This document shows, piece by piece, positions 48,929 through 49,086 of a stretch of 49,086 bases of DNA; the stretch's first letter is position 1; each line of letters starts with the position of its first letter. The notes under the pieces were generated by a model. The model was not told the DNA's origin. It searched no databases and was given only the letters and a program-made list of their open reading frames with translations. This stretch comes from Winogradskyella sp. (lineage in GTDB: Bacteria; Bacteroidota; Bacteroidia; Flavobacteriales; Flavobacteriaceae): assembly GCA_030149115.1 (NCBI GenBank), contig JASBSE010000140.1, positions 1 to 49,086 on the forward strand, in the 5' to 3' direction. Made by a program: the position numbers and the translations under genes.

Positions 48929-48967
48929 TAAAAAACAAAGAAGGCAAATTGCCTTCTTTGTTTTTTA
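48929..48967. terminator. Perfect 39-bp palindrome, bidirectional terminator-like
   Basis: TAAAAAACAAAGAAGGCAA-A-TTGCCTTCTTTGTTTTTTA, 19-bp perfect arms. Confidence 0.75.
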
Positions 48968-48982
48968 TACTAAATTTAGCAT

Positions 48983-49086
48983 ATGAAGATAGAATCTATT
49001 GTTACCATAAAAAAAGAGCTTCAGCATTTACCAAAAGAAGATTTATTAGAATTATGCCTTCGATTAGGTAAGTTTAAAAAAGAAAA
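48983..49086 (+). CDS. N-terminal fragment of a hypothetical protein, runs off the window
   Basis: MKIESIVTIKKELQHLPKEDLLELCLRLGKFKKE...; open to the end of the window; TAAATTTA promoter-like element just upstream. Confidence 0.7.
   Translation, partial: MKIESIVTIKKELQHLPKEDLLELCLRLGKFKKE

Noticed and set aside
1-49086. tRNA, rRNA, integrase, transposase or prophage genes
   Set aside because: None recognisable in the ORF set or intergenic regions.

Overview
AT-rich Bacteroidota chromosomal segment, most likely Flavobacteriaceae (T9SS sorting domains, PorP/SprF, TAnnTTTG-type promoters). From left to right it holds: (i) the end of a tricorn-like S41 protease gene, hypothetical genes, an EEP nuclease and REP-like palindromes; (ii) a type I restriction-modification operon (hsdM-hsdS-hsdR) with two AT-rich putative nuclease genes between hsdS and hsdR, an unassigned PD-(D/E)xK protein and a sacsin-like GHKL ATPase/DUF3883 protein; (iii) a 2015-aa T9SS type-B adhesin-like protein with a PorP/SprF partner; (iv) a divergent uncharacterised cluster (DUF4270-like lipoprotein, FadL-like and other beta-barrels, kelch lipoprotein, LytS/LytTR pair) whose shared promoter has 21-bp-spaced repeats in both orientations; (v) core genes uvrA, LOG, M1-like protein and 2-oxoacid dehydrogenase E1, then a stand-alone AprA-MT1-like methyltransferase and a cassette-like orphan gene. 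The most striking unexplained structure is a 66-bp second copy of the hsdS 3' end. It brackets the PD-(D/E)xK gene and is itself the end of an intact 34-aa mini-ORF, suggesting the hsdS tail acts as a cassette insertion site. All family assignments come from motif recognition by eye; no database searches were run.
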